Source of the DNA: Flavobacteriales bacterium
GTDB lineage: Bacteria; Bacteroidota; Bacteroidia; Flavobacteriales_D; Sanyastnellaceae
Direction: 5' to 3'
Length of the DNA stretch: 64,000 bases
Assembly (NCBI GenBank): GCA_022447625.1
Contig: JAKVAX010000016.1
Coordinates: 20,766-84,765, forward strand
The notes under the pieces were generated by a model that saw only the letters and a program-made list of their open reading frames with translations, was not told the DNA's origin and did no database searches. The translations under genes were made by a program, and so were the position numbers. Shown piece by piece: positions 53,957-63,759 of this stretch; the stretch's first letter is position 1, and each line of letters starts with the position of its first letter.

Positions 53957-56377
53957 ATGTCGAAGGACACACTTACTGCACCTGCACTTACCCAAGAAGA
54001 GATCAAAGAACAAGTTATTGCTGATTACCACATCGCGTGTGTCAGTCGTGAAGCTTCATTGCTAGGACGAAAAGAGGTTCTAACAGGAAAAGCCAAGTTC
54101 GGAATCTTTGGAGACGGGAAAGAGGTAGCGCAGTTAGCCATGGCACGTCAGTTTCGTAAAGGTGATTTTCGCTCGGGTTACTACCGCGATCAGACCTTTA
54201 TGATGGCTCTTGGCGAATTGAATGTGCAAGAGTACTTCGCCGCACTGTACGCGCACCCGGATGTTGATGCTGAACCTACTTCAGGTGGACGTCAAATGGG
54301 TGGTCACTTCGCTACACGTAGTCTTGACGAGCACGGGAACTGGAAGAACCTGATGGAGCAATACAATAGCTCCGCAGATATTTCTCCTACAGCAGGTCAA
54401 ATGCCGCGTTTGCTTGGCCTAGCTCAAGCGAGCAAGATCTACCGTCACAACGATGAGTTACACGGAATGACGCAATTTACAGCGAAAGGAAACGAAGTTG
54501 CTTTCGGTACCATCGGTGATGCTAGTACGAGTGAAGGTTTATTCTGGGAAACCATGAACGCAGCTGCCGTGCTTCAAGTCCCTATGGCCATGAGCGTTTG
54601 GGATGATGGTTACGGAATCTCTGTACCTAAGAAATACCAGACGGTAAAGGAAAGCATCAGTGAAGCTCTCAGTGGTTTCGCGAAAGCGGAAGGAGACGAT
54701 GGCAATGGAATTCGCATTTTCCGTGTCAAAGGGTGGAATTACCCTGAGTTGATGGCAACTTACGAAGAGGCAGTAGCCTTCTGTCGTGATCAACAAATTC
54801 CTGTGTTGATTCACGTAGAGGAAGTAACACAGCCACAAGGTCACTCAACTTCCGGATCGCACGAACGTTACAAAACGAAAGAACGCCTCGAGTGGGCAGA
54901 AGAATTCGACTGTATCCGTCAGTTCGGAAACTTTATCGTTGAAAGTGGTTTGTCTACGCAAGATGAATTAGATGAAATTCGCAAAGCAGCGAAGAAGCAA
55001 GTTCGTCAGGAGCAAAAAGCAGCTTGGGCTGCGTTCCGCGCTAGCGTTGATGAACAAGTTCAAGAAGCAGTCAACTTGATTGGCGAAGTAGCCGAGGCAA
55101 GCAGCAATAAAGTGTTCGTCCAAAAACTTGCCGATGACTTAGGCAAAGTGATGGACCCTATTCGCAAGGAGATGTTGGAGGCGATTCGCAAGACCCTTCG
55201 ACTAACTCGCGGTGAAGGTACACCAGCGCGTCAGCAAATGATTCAGTGGTACGACGGTGTGATGTCGAAGATGAATGATCGCTATTCAGCGCGTTTGTAC
55301 TCTCGTTCAGAGCAACAAGTGGAAAATATCGATATCGTTCCAGCTGAATTCGGTTTAGATCCTGAAATGGTTGATGGACGTATCGTTCTGCGAAAGAACT
55401 TTGAGAAGATCTTTGAAATGTATCCAGAGGTACTCACCTTCGGAGAAGACACCGGAAAGATTGGTGGAGTGAACCAGGCCATGGAAGGGATGCAGGAACA
55501 ATTCGGTGAGCTTCGTGTGAGCGATACCGGAATTCGTGAGGCTACAATCCTGGGTCAAGGTATCGGAATGGCCATGCGTGGTTTACGTCCGATTGCGGAA
55601 ATTCAGTACCTCGATTACCTCTACTACGCTCTACAGATCATGCGTGATGATTTGGCCACTGTTCAATACCGCACCTACGGAGGACAAAAAGCGCCACTTA
55701 TCATCCGTACACGCGGACACCGTTTGGAGGGAATCTGGCACAGTGGATCTCCTATGGGAGCGATCATTCACAGTGTGCGAGGAATCAATGTTTGTGTGCC
55801 ACGAAACATGACTCAGGCTGCAGGTATGTACAATACACTGCTCAAGGCTGATGAGCCAGCGCTTGTTGTAGAATGTTTGAATGGTTACCGCTCGAAAGAA
55901 GCACTTCCAACGAACCTTGGTGAATTTACTGTTCCACTCGGAACACCTGAGGTAGTGAAAGAAGGAAGCGACTTGACGATTATTTCATACGGTTCAACGT
56001 TTAATCTTTGTGAGCAAGCGGCGAAAGAACTCGCTGAACTGGGGATTGATGTTGAGTTGGTAGATGTGCAAACACTCTTGCCATTTGACACCGATCACTT
56101 ATGTGCGGCATCGATTGAAAAGACCAATAAGGTGCTCTTTGTAGATGAGGATGTTCCTGGTGGAGCAAGCGCTTACATGATGGATCAAGTCTTGAATGTG
56201 CAAGGAGCTTACTTCCAATTAGATAGCCAGCCTCAAACGCTTGCAGCGAAGCCACACCTTCCGGCATACGGAACAGACGGTGATTACTTCTCGAAGCCAA
56301 GTGTTGATGACATCGTCGAGGCAGTATATGGTATGATGTCAGAATCAGACCCTGCTTCCTTCCCAGCACTTCGATAA
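53957..56377 (+). CDS. Fused alpha/beta E1 component of a 2-oxo acid (branched-chain/pyruvate-type) dehydrogenase, TPP-dependent
   Basis: 806 aa. The N-terminal half carries E1-alpha TPP-binding blocks and the C-terminal half the E1-beta/transketolase C-terminal-like blocks. This fusion is common in Bacteroidota. Confidence 0.75.
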   Translation: MSKDTLTAPALTQEEIKEQVIADYHIACVSREASLLGRKEVLTGKAKFGIFGDGKEVAQLAMARQFRKGDFRSGYYRDQTFMMALGELNVQEYFAALYAHPDVDAEPTSGGRQMGGHFATRSLDEHGNWKNLMEQYNSSADISPTAGQMPRLLGLAQASKIYRHNDELHGMTQFTAKGNEVAFGTIGDASTSEGLFWETMNAAAVLQVPMAMSVWDDGYGISVPKKYQTVKESISEALSGFAKAEGDDGNGIRIFRVKGWNYPELMATYEEAVAFCRDQQIPVLIHVEEVTQPQGHSTSGSHERYKTKERLEWAEEFDCIRQFGNFIVESGLSTQDELDEIRKAAKKQVRQEQKAAWAAFRASVDEQVQEAVNLIGEVAEASSNKVFVQKLADDLGKVMDPIRKEMLEAIRKTLRLTRGEGTPARQQMIQWYDGVMSKMNDRYSARLYSRSEQQVENIDIVPAEFGLDPEMVDGRIVLRKNFEKIFEMYPEVLTFGEDTGKIGGVNQAMEGMQEQFGELRVSDTGIREATILGQGIGMAMRGLRPIAEIQYLDYLYYALQIMRDDLATVQYRTYGGQKAPLIIRTRGHRLEGIWHSGSPMGAIIHSVRGINVCVPRNMTQAAGMYNTLLKADEPALVVECLNGYRSKEALPTNLGEFTVPLGTPEVVKEGSDLTIISYGSTFNLCEQAAKELAELGIDVELVDVQTLLPFDTDHLCAASIEKTNKVLFVDEDVPGGASAYMMDQVLNVQGAYFQLDSQPQTLAAKPHLPAYGTDGDYFSKPSVDDIVEAVYGMMSESDPASFPALR

Positions 56378-56589
56378 TGGAAGAGTTCACACTCACGCAA
56401 GATTACATTGAACTCATTCGCTTACTTAAACTACTTCAGTGGGTTCCAAGCGGAGGAATTGCCAAAATGGTAGTGGAAGATGAGTTGGTATTTGTCAATG
56501 GTGAACTTGAATTTCGCAAACGTCGAAAACTCGTCAATGGAGATGTTGTAGAATTCGACGGAATGGAAGTGAAGGTGGTATCTGCTTGA
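56377..56589 (+). CDS. RNA-binding S4-domain protein (YbcJ-like)
   Basis: 70 aa with an S4-fold signature (KLLQWVPSGGIAKMVVEDELVFVNGE...RKRRKLVNGDVVEF). Its start overlaps the E1 stop. Confidence 0.7.
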   Translation: MEEFTLTQDYIELIRLLKLLQWVPSGGIAKMVVEDELVFVNGELEFRKRRKLVNGDVVEFDGMEVKVVSA

Positions 56590-56720
56590 ATTCCAACAAT
56601 TAATACCCGATATTTAACATAGCTTTACTGCTTTGTGCTACATTCTACTGCCTTTTTTTATGCGCACATACCTATATTTCCTTGGGTTATCTTATTTTGG
56701 TGACGCCTTAGAGTAATGCT

Positions 56721-59528
56721 ATGCTGAGATTTTTACACCTGTTTTTATGTATGTTGGTGGTCGGGTCCGTTTGTGGGCAGACCGTTCGAGGGACAGTTCG
56801 AGACGCTGAGACGGGAGAACCGATCTTCAGTGCGAACGTCATTGTGAAGGGCACAACGTCAGGTGTAACCACTGATTTTGAAGGAGAATTCAAGATTGAT
56901 GTGGCCTCTCTTCCTGTCACACTTCAAGTAAGTTTTATCGGATATACCTTAAAAGAGGTCAACGTTGCTGATAATAAAAAGCGGGTTGATGTAAAGCTTT
57001 CTGCGGATCAAATCATGATCGATGAAGCAGAGGTTGTGGGTGAACGAATTTCAGACAAGCAAAAGCAGGCGCCATTGACAGTAGAAACAATGGATGCTAT
57101 CGCTATTAAAGAAGCGCCTTCAGGGAACTTCTATGAAGGTCTCGGAAACCTCAAAGGAGTTGACATGACCAGTGCATCTCTCGGGTTTAAAGTGATCAAT
57201 ACCCGTGGATTTAACTCCACTTCTCCTGTACGTTCGTTGCAGCTGATTGATGGTGTAGACAACCAGTCACCAGGTCTGAACTTCTCACTTGGAAACTTCC
57301 TTGGAGCAAGCGACTTGGATGTGAAATCAGTAGACATTGTTGCGGGTGCGAGTTCAGCTTACTTCGGGCCGGGAGCCTTCAACGGGGTAATCAATATGGA
57401 GACGAAGAGTCCCTTTGTTTTCCCAGGGCTGTCGTTGTCGATGAAGATTGGTGAACGCCAGTTGTTCGAGCAGGCAGTGCGCTATGCTGAAGTGGTTCAG
57501 AACAAAGAAGGACAAGACCTTTTTGCCTGGAAACTCAACTTTTACAACATGCAAGCCAATGATTGGGAAGCAGAGAACTACGGTCCGGTTGACAACTCAG
57601 GAGTACCTGAAGACAATCCGGGCCGTTTTGATGCCGTCAATATTTACGGCGATGAGTACTACCCAGCAAATGACTTCTCGACTTCCGCTCCATGGAACTA
57701 CCCTGGGCTTGGAACGTTCTATCGCACAGGATATCGCGAGATTGACTTGGTAGACTACAATACAAAGAACTTGAAAGCCAATGCTGCTTTCCACCTTCGC
57801 ACTCACCCTGAACAGTCTTACGACTCACCAGAGTTAATTTATGCGATCAATGTGAGCACGGGTACCACGGTGTATCAAGGAGATAACCGTTTCAGCTTGC
57901 GTGACATTGTCTTCTACCAGAATCGACTTGAGTACCGTAAGAAAGGGAAGTGGTTCATTCGTGCCTACATGACTGGTGAAGACGCAGGTAACTCGTACGA
58001 TCCGTATGCCACAGCTTTGACAATGTTGGAGCAGACACGAGATCCGAATGAATGGGCTCAGGTTTACGTTCGCTTTTGGCAAGACAGTATCTCACCGATG
58101 ACAGAAGATCTCGGTTTCCCTGAACTTGAATTGATGTTTGATGATCAAGGAAATCCTTTCTTCGAGTTCAACTATGATTCATTGGATGTTTGGACGAATA
58201 CCTTCCAAGATTCACTCGTACACTGGCATGGCTTGGTGGAAGGTTGGACCAACACCAGTAACTCTGGAATTCCAGGGATTCCAGAAACCGGTTACCTAGA
58301 ACCAGGATCTCCTGAGTTCAACTCATTGTTCACGGAACTAACGAGCTCTAAGAATAACGAATTGGAGGGAGGAACACGATTGTATGACCGTTCTGCGCTC
58401 TACCACTTCCATGGGGAGTATTTGTTTGAGCCTACGTTCATTGACCAGATTCGCGTTGGGGCCAATTATCGAATGTATCGACCAGACTCTGATGGAACGA
58501 TTCTGGTAGATACCGCAGGTACCAAGATTACCAACGATGAATGGGGTGCCTACATGGGAGTGGAACAGAAGTTCAAAGAGGATAAATATATCCTCAGCGG
58601 TACCATCCGATTCGATAAGAACCAGAATTTCGATTTGGTGATCAGTCCGGCCGCTTCGCTGGTGATTAAGCCAGGAGAGACCGATTACCTCCGATTCTCT
58701 TTCTCAGGCGCATTACGTAATCCAACACTCGCCAACCAGTACCTATTCCTTGATGTTGGACCGGCAATTCTTTCTGGAAACTTGAATGGGGTGGATAGCT
58801 TAATTACGTTGGAAAGTTTCAGTGATTACCGAAATACCTTGGATACCGATACTCTCCGATACTTTAATATCGGACCTATCAAACCAGAGCAGGTACGTAC
58901 CTTCGAGGTGGGCTACCGCACAAGCCTCGGAGAGAAGACATACATCGACGCAGGATACTACTTCTCTGAGTACACAGACTTCATAGGATTCAACATCGGA
59001 ATCGATGCTGTATTCAGCGATAACGGTCTTCCAACAGAACTTCAGGTATTCCGTTATTCAGCTAATTCACAAAGCAAAGTTCGTACTCAAGGCTTTAGCA
59101 TAGGAATTAATTACTATTTGAATAACAACTTTGTAGTGGCAGGAAACTACTCTTGGAACCAGTTGGTAACAGCTGACGAAGATGATCCGATCATCCCTGC
59201 GTTCAATACACCGGAGCATAAGTACAATGTTTCGTTGAGCGCACGTGACCTTGACTCTAAATGGGGAAAGAAGAACAAGTGGGGCTTCGGTATCAACTAC
59301 AAATGGATCCAAGGCTTCATCTTTGAAGGTTCTCCTCAGTTCACAGGATTCGTACCAACCTACGATCTAGTGGATGCGCAGGTGAACTACTACGTTGATA
59401 AGATCAACTGTACTTTCAAAGTGGGAGCATCAAACGTATTAGACAACCAACAAATTCAAACCTTTGGTGGCCCACGTGTAGGGAGACTGGGATACTTCTC
59501 AATCCTCTACGAACTTAAAACGCTTTAA
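56721..59528 (+). CDS. SusC-like TonB-dependent outer-membrane receptor with N-terminal carboxypeptidase-regulatory-like domain
   Basis: Signal peptide; CarbopepD_reg-like segment TVRGTVRDAETGEPIFSANVIVKG; TonB-box/plug region (DEAEVVGER, TVETMDAIAIKEAPSGNF); 935 aa beta-barrel. Confidence 0.85.
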   Translation: MLRFLHLFLCMLVVGSVCGQTVRGTVRDAETGEPIFSANVIVKGTTSGVTTDFEGEFKIDVASLPVTLQVSFIGYTLKEVNVADNKKRVDVKLSADQIMIDEAEVVGERISDKQKQAPLTVETMDAIAIKEAPSGNFYEGLGNLKGVDMTSASLGFKVINTRGFNSTSPVRSLQLIDGVDNQSPGLNFSLGNFLGASDLDVKSVDIVAGASSAYFGPGAFNGVINMETKSPFVFPGLSLSMKIGERQLFEQAVRYAEVVQNKEGQDLFAWKLNFYNMQANDWEAENYGPVDNSGVPEDNPGRFDAVNIYGDEYYPANDFSTSAPWNYPGLGTFYRTGYREIDLVDYNTKNLKANAAFHLRTHPEQSYDSPELIYAINVSTGTTVYQGDNRFSLRDIVFYQNRLEYRKKGKWFIRAYMTGEDAGNSYDPYATALTMLEQTRDPNEWAQVYVRFWQDSISPMTEDLGFPELELMFDDQGNPFFEFNYDSLDVWTNTFQDSLVHWHGLVEGWTNTSNSGIPGIPETGYLEPGSPEFNSLFTELTSSKNNELEGGTRLYDRSALYHFHGEYLFEPTFIDQIRVGANYRMYRPDSDGTILVDTAGTKITNDEWGAYMGVEQKFKEDKYILSGTIRFDKNQNFDLVISPAASLVIKPGETDYLRFSFSGALRNPTLANQYLFLDVGPAILSGNLNGVDSLITLESFSDYRNTLDTDTLRYFNIGPIKPEQVRTFEVGYRTSLGEKTYIDAGYYFSEYTDFIGFNIGIDAVFSDNGLPTELQVFRYSANSQSKVRTQGFSIGINYYLNNNFVVAGNYSWNQLVTADEDDPIIPAFNTPEHKYNVSLSARDLDSKWGKKNKWGFGINYKWIQGFIFEGSPQFTGFVPTYDLVDAQVNYYVDKINCTFKVGASNVLDNQQIQTFGGPRVGRLGYFSILYELKTL

Positions 59529-59557
59529 TAACTTGAATTGAATATAAAGTCAACCTT

Positions 59558-61549
59558 ATGAAGAAAATCTTTACTCTTATGACAATGGTGCTTCTCGTGG
59601 GTGCAACGCAAATGAACGCGCAGCGCTACCTCGAGGAGATCTTTGATGAAGTGGAAGTAACTACTGATATTCAGTACGGTACTAACGCTTCTGTACTTGC
59701 ATACGCTATCTTCGGAGAAGCAATTCCTGAAGACCTAATCATGGATATTTATGAGCCATCTGGCGATACTGAAACTGAGCGTCCATTGATTCTTTACTTC
59801 CACACTGGAAACTTCCTACCTCATCCTGATAACCTATCGCCAAGCGGACTTCGCACGGATTCAGCGACCGTTGAGATCTGTAACCGTTTTGCTCGTATGG
59901 GTTACGTTGTAGCAAGCTGTGATTACCGTCTAGGATGGAATCCACTAGCTGAAACGCAGGAAGAGCGTGTGAACACGCTGATTAACGCTGCTTACCGCGG
60001 CGTGCAGGATGCACGTACTTGTGCTCGTTACTTCCGAATGGATGCTGAAGAAAACGGAAACGAGTTCGGAATTGATACAGAGCGCATCGCGATCTGGGGC
60101 CAAGGAACAGGTGGTTACATCTCTTTGGCGGCATCTACGCTAGATGATTACACTGATATCCTACTTCCTAAGTTCACTTTGGAGAACGATGGAAGCCCAA
60201 TCCCAATGGTTATCGAGCAGGTGAACGGAGACATCTTCGGAACATCTTTCGGTGTGAATCCACTTGACAATGATACGCTATGCTACGTAAACCACCCAGG
60301 ATACGATTCTGATTTCGGAGTATGCGTGAACATGGGGGGGGCACTTGGAGACATCTCTTGGTTAGATGACACAGATGGCCCATTCATCTCATTCCAGTCG
60401 CCCTCAGATCCATTCGCTCCTTACGAGGAAGGAATCGTAATTGTGCCAGGTGTAAACCTACCTGTGGTTGAGGTTCAGGGTAGCTACCTTGTTCAGCAGC
60501 TATGTGCTACACTTGGAAACAATGATGCATTCGCGAATACTGACTTCGGTGATCCATTTACTGCAGCTGCTGACGAAGACAACGACGGATACGATGGTCT
60601 ATTTCCATTCGTTCGTCCAGAAGGATTCGAAGCTGATACTGCTCCATGGGAATTCTGGGATCCAGACAACAACCCGAACAGTGCAGCTGGTTTCGCAACA
60701 AATCCTGACATGACGGCTGAGAAGGCTCGCACATTCATCGATACAATCCAGGCGTACGCTGCGCCTCGTATGATGTGTGCATTGAACCTTCCTGACAACC
60801 CATGTGCTCTTGGAGCTCCTGAGAACGACCTATGTGATAACGCGATTGACGTGAACCCACTATTCGGTCAAGGAGAAGATCAAACGCAGATGTCTGATAC
60901 TTACACGAATGTAGGTGCAACTGCTGAAGAACTAGATTTAGGATTCGACTGTTTCGAAGACAACAACGGAGAAGCACCAAGTATCGAATCAACTGTATGG
61001 TTCACATTCACAGGAGACGGTGAGTGGTACAATATCTCTACAAGCGATTGTGGTGGTACGGCTGAATTCTTCGAAGGTGACACGCAGATGGCGATCTACG
61101 AAGGTCCGTGTGTTGATCTAGGTCCTGTTGCGTGTAACGAAGACATCGATTTCGATAACAGTGACTACTACAGCGAAGTATTGATCGAGACTACGGCTGG
61201 TACTGAGTACTACATCATGGTAGACGGTTACGATTACACTGCATTCGGAGCTGAGCCTGCGACTGGTGACTTCTGTCTAGAAATCACTCAGACTTTCGTA
61301 AACATCGAAGAAGTGAATTCAATCGGACTGAACATGTTCCCGAACCCAGCAACAACGTCATTGAACTTGACTGCTGATCAGAACATCGAGTACGTTGAGA
61401 TCTTCGACATGAACGGACGTATAATCGAAAGCATCAACATCAACGCAACTCGCGCAGAGATCGATGTTGAAGCTTGGAACACTGGTGTTTACACTGTACG
61501 TGTGCAATCAGGAAACTCAACTGTAGTAGAGCGCTTCGTGAAGAAGTAA
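59558..61549 (+). CDS. Secreted alpha/beta-hydrolase (HSL/esterase)-like protein with Ser-to-Gly nucleophile motif, C-terminal beta-rich module and T9SS type-A C-terminal sorting domain
   Basis: Signal peptide. HSL-family blocks: ILYFHTGNF (HGGGF-like), DYRLG (DYRLAPE-like) and IWGQGTGGY, where GDSAGG would normally be. The C-terminal ~85 aa (FPNPATTSLNL...GVYTVRVQ) is a T9SS sorting domain. Confidence 0.7.
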   Translation: MKKIFTLMTMVLLVGATQMNAQRYLEEIFDEVEVTTDIQYGTNASVLAYAIFGEAIPEDLIMDIYEPSGDTETERPLILYFHTGNFLPHPDNLSPSGLRTDSATVEICNRFARMGYVVASCDYRLGWNPLAETQEERVNTLINAAYRGVQDARTCARYFRMDAEENGNEFGIDTERIAIWGQGTGGYISLAASTLDDYTDILLPKFTLENDGSPIPMVIEQVNGDIFGTSFGVNPLDNDTLCYVNHPGYDSDFGVCVNMGGALGDISWLDDTDGPFISFQSPSDPFAPYEEGIVIVPGVNLPVVEVQGSYLVQQLCATLGNNDAFANTDFGDPFTAAADEDNDGYDGLFPFVRPEGFEADTAPWEFWDPDNNPNSAAGFATNPDMTAEKARTFIDTIQAYAAPRMMCALNLPDNPCALGAPENDLCDNAIDVNPLFGQGEDQTQMSDTYTNVGATAEELDLGFDCFEDNNGEAPSIESTVWFTFTGDGEWYNISTSDCGGTAEFFEGDTQMAIYEGPCVDLGPVACNEDIDFDNSDYYSEVLIETTAGTEYYIMVDGYDYTAFGAEPATGDFCLEITQTFVNIEEVNSIGLNMFPNPATTSLNLTADQNIEYVEIFDMNGRIIESININATRAEIDVEAWNTGVYTVRVQSGNSTVVERFVKK

Positions 61550-61572
61550 TCACTACGATAGATGATATGAAA

Positions 61573-61600
61573 AGGCTGCCTTCGGGTGGCCTTTTTTTTT
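61573..61600 (+). terminator. Rho-independent terminator (GGCTGCC-ttcg-GGTGGCC, two G-U pairs) + T9
   Basis: Read in the sequence 24 nt after the 61549 stop. Confidence 0.7.
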
Positions 61601-61810
61601 AGGCGCTACGCGGATTGCGGAACGCGGTATCAATGAGTAAAGGTTCGGACGCCGGATGCCGGACGCCGGGATATGAATACGGATCGCGGAACGCAGATCG
61701 CGGTAGGGCTACACTTTGTGCCTGAGGACAGGATCTAGGGAAGGAATGTGCTGTGAAGTACGAAGACGTTAATAAACTGTACCTAAAGCCTAACGCCCAA
61801 GGTCTAAAGC

Positions 61811-62491
61811 CTATTTCGAAACAAGCAGTCTTACCCTCTTCTCCATCTCCACATTCATCGGATGACGTTCATCCAATTTACGTGTAAGTTTTTCTCTCCA
61901 GCGGATGGCTAGGGAGCGAATGACATCTTTGTCTGGGTGTGCGATTTCAGGAATGTGTCCGAGGACGGTGATGCCTGAGTATTTGGCAATGATCTCTTCG
62001 GTAGAAGGAGTTGGAGTTCCGTTAAAGACTACGCCAGCGATCGGAATACCGCGTTGCTGAAGTACTTCGATGGAAAGAAGCGTGTGATTAATTGAACCAA
62101 GGTAATTACGGCTCACAAGAATCACAGGGATATCCCAGACCATCAAGAGATCAAGAATGGTTTGGTCATTGTTCAAAGGCACATGCAAGCCTCCGGCTCC
62201 TTCGATGATAAGCGGGCGTTGGTTGACCGGAAGATTAATTTTAGCTGGCTCGATACGCACTCCATCTATCTCGGCTGTAAAGTGCGGAGATGCAGGAGTG
62301 GTTAATCGGTAAGCTTCGTCAAATATGTGGAGGTCATCAGAGATTAATGACCTGATTGTTTTGCTATCGGAGTTGTCTAGGTCTCCAGATTGTACTGGTT
62401 TCCAGTAATCTGCCTGGAGTGCTTCACATAGAAGAGCTGAAACAATTGTTTTCCCTACGTCCGTCCCAATTCCAGAAACAAAATATTCCAT
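61811..62491 (-). CDS. bioD: Dethiobiotin synthetase
   Basis: P-loop GTDVGKT and BioD blocks (EGAGG, overall length 226 aa). Confidence 0.9.
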   Translation of the reverse strand: MEYFVSGIGTDVGKTIVSALLCEALQADYWKPVQSGDLDNSDSKTIRSLISDDLHIFDEAYRLTTPASPHFTAEIDGVRIEPAKINLPVNQRPLIIEGAGGLHVPLNNDQTILDLLMVWDIPVILVSRNYLGSINHTLLSIEVLQQRGIPIAGVVFNGTPTPSTEEIIAKYSGITVLGHIPEIAHPDKDVIRSLAIRWREKLTRKLDERHPMNVEMEKRVRLLVSK

Positions 62492-62506
62492 CGAGTAGAT
62501 TTAAGT

Positions 62507-63631
62507 TCAGTTTGTTCGAATGTAATCAAAGATGTCGAAGATGGCATCAATTTCCGCCTTCGAATTAAAGGCATGAAGACAGATTCTTAGCCCTTCCTGT
62601 CCTTCCGGAACCGTAGGTGAAAGAATCGCTTTCAGATCATAGCCTCGTTCTGAAAACGCCTGTGAGCATTGAAGGGTTGCACCATTACCACCAACCGAAT
62701 AAAACTGCACCTGTCCGCGGTTCATTGTCGCCTCTTCGAAATGCTTTGCGCGCATCAAATAGTGCTGAATGTTTTCACCCAATAACTCGCGCTGCTTCTG
62801 TGCTCGCTCCCATCGGCGCAGGCCGTGGAAACACAATTCAGTGAGAAGCGGAGAAGGTGCTGTGGTGTAAATAAACGGACGAGAGAAGTTTGCTAGGGCT
62901 TCTTTGATTGATGTTTTTTCTCGCCTATCGGCGGAACGCGATTCTCGCTTCTGAACTATAGCGGCCCCTTGAATTCCGAAAGCTTTTCCAAAAGTCTGAA
63001 TGCGAACATTTACATCTGCGATGATATTCTGAGACTCAGAAGTACCAATGCCATGCTCACCAAAGAACCCATTGGAATGTGCTTCATCAACGATCAAGGC
63101 AAAATCGATTTCGCTCTTTAATGCTGAGATAGCCTCAAGGTCAGGTGAATCACCATGCATGCTAAAAAGCCCTTCGGTAACAACTACACATTCCCCTTCG
63201 CTTCGATTCAATTTCATTCGGAGATCCGTTAGGTCGTTGTGCTTGAACGACCACGCTTTTCCGCGAGAGCGAAATAAAGAAGAACGAATACTAGCATGAA
63301 TGTGCTCGTCAAACAAAACAGTCACGCCAAGATCAGATAGCATGGAAAACAAGGCTTGATTCGCTTCAAAACCAGACTGAAAGAAAGTGGCCTCATCTCC
63401 TTGAAAGCGCTCCGCAAGATAGATCTCGAGCGCCCGCAAGCGAGGGTAGTTGCCGGTTATGCTGCGAGAGGAAGAAGCACTACTTCGATCTGCTGAAAGG
63501 CTAACCTCCTCAGCACCAAGACCGAGGTAGTCATTGCTCGAGAAATCAACGGCAGGAAGCTCGTCGCGCAACATACGCAAACGGTCTTCTTCCCGTCGTT
63601 TTTCCAAGGCATTTTCCAGAGCTTTTAGCAT
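62507..63631 (-). CDS. bioF: 8-amino-7-oxononanoate synthase (PLP-dependent)
   Basis: AAT-fold class-II blocks, PLP-Lys region (FSMHGD...TFGKAFG) and a 374-aa length typical of BioF. Confidence 0.85.
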   Translation of the reverse strand: MLKALENALEKRREEDRLRMLRDELPAVDFSSNDYLGLGAEEVSLSADRSSASSSRSITGNYPRLRALEIYLAERFQGDEATFFQSGFEANQALFSMLSDLGVTVLFDEHIHASIRSSLFRSRGKAWSFKHNDLTDLRMKLNRSEGECVVVTEGLFSMHGDSPDLEAISALKSEIDFALIVDEAHSNGFFGEHGIGTSESQNIIADVNVRIQTFGKAFGIQGAAIVQKRESRSADRREKTSIKEALANFSRPFIYTTAPSPLLTELCFHGLRRWERAQKQRELLGENIQHYLMRAKHFEEATMNRGQVQFYSVGGNGATLQCSQAFSERGYDLKAILSPTVPEGQEGLRICLHAFNSKAEIDAIFDIFDYIRTN

Positions 63632-63759
63632 GCAACGAAGATAGGGAATGGTGGACGGTTGACGGTTGACAGTAGACGGAAATTCTTCTGGAGAGGATCG
63701 CGGAATGTAAGATCCGGATGCCGGGCCAGATTATGGACACCGGGTGATGTAGGCCTGAA

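Noticed and set aside
56590-56720. Possible riboswitch upstream of the TonB-dependent receptor
   Set aside because: No conserved riboswitch core (cobalamin, TPP, etc.) was recognisable. The region is only an AT-rich leader with one near-match to the -7 promoter motif.
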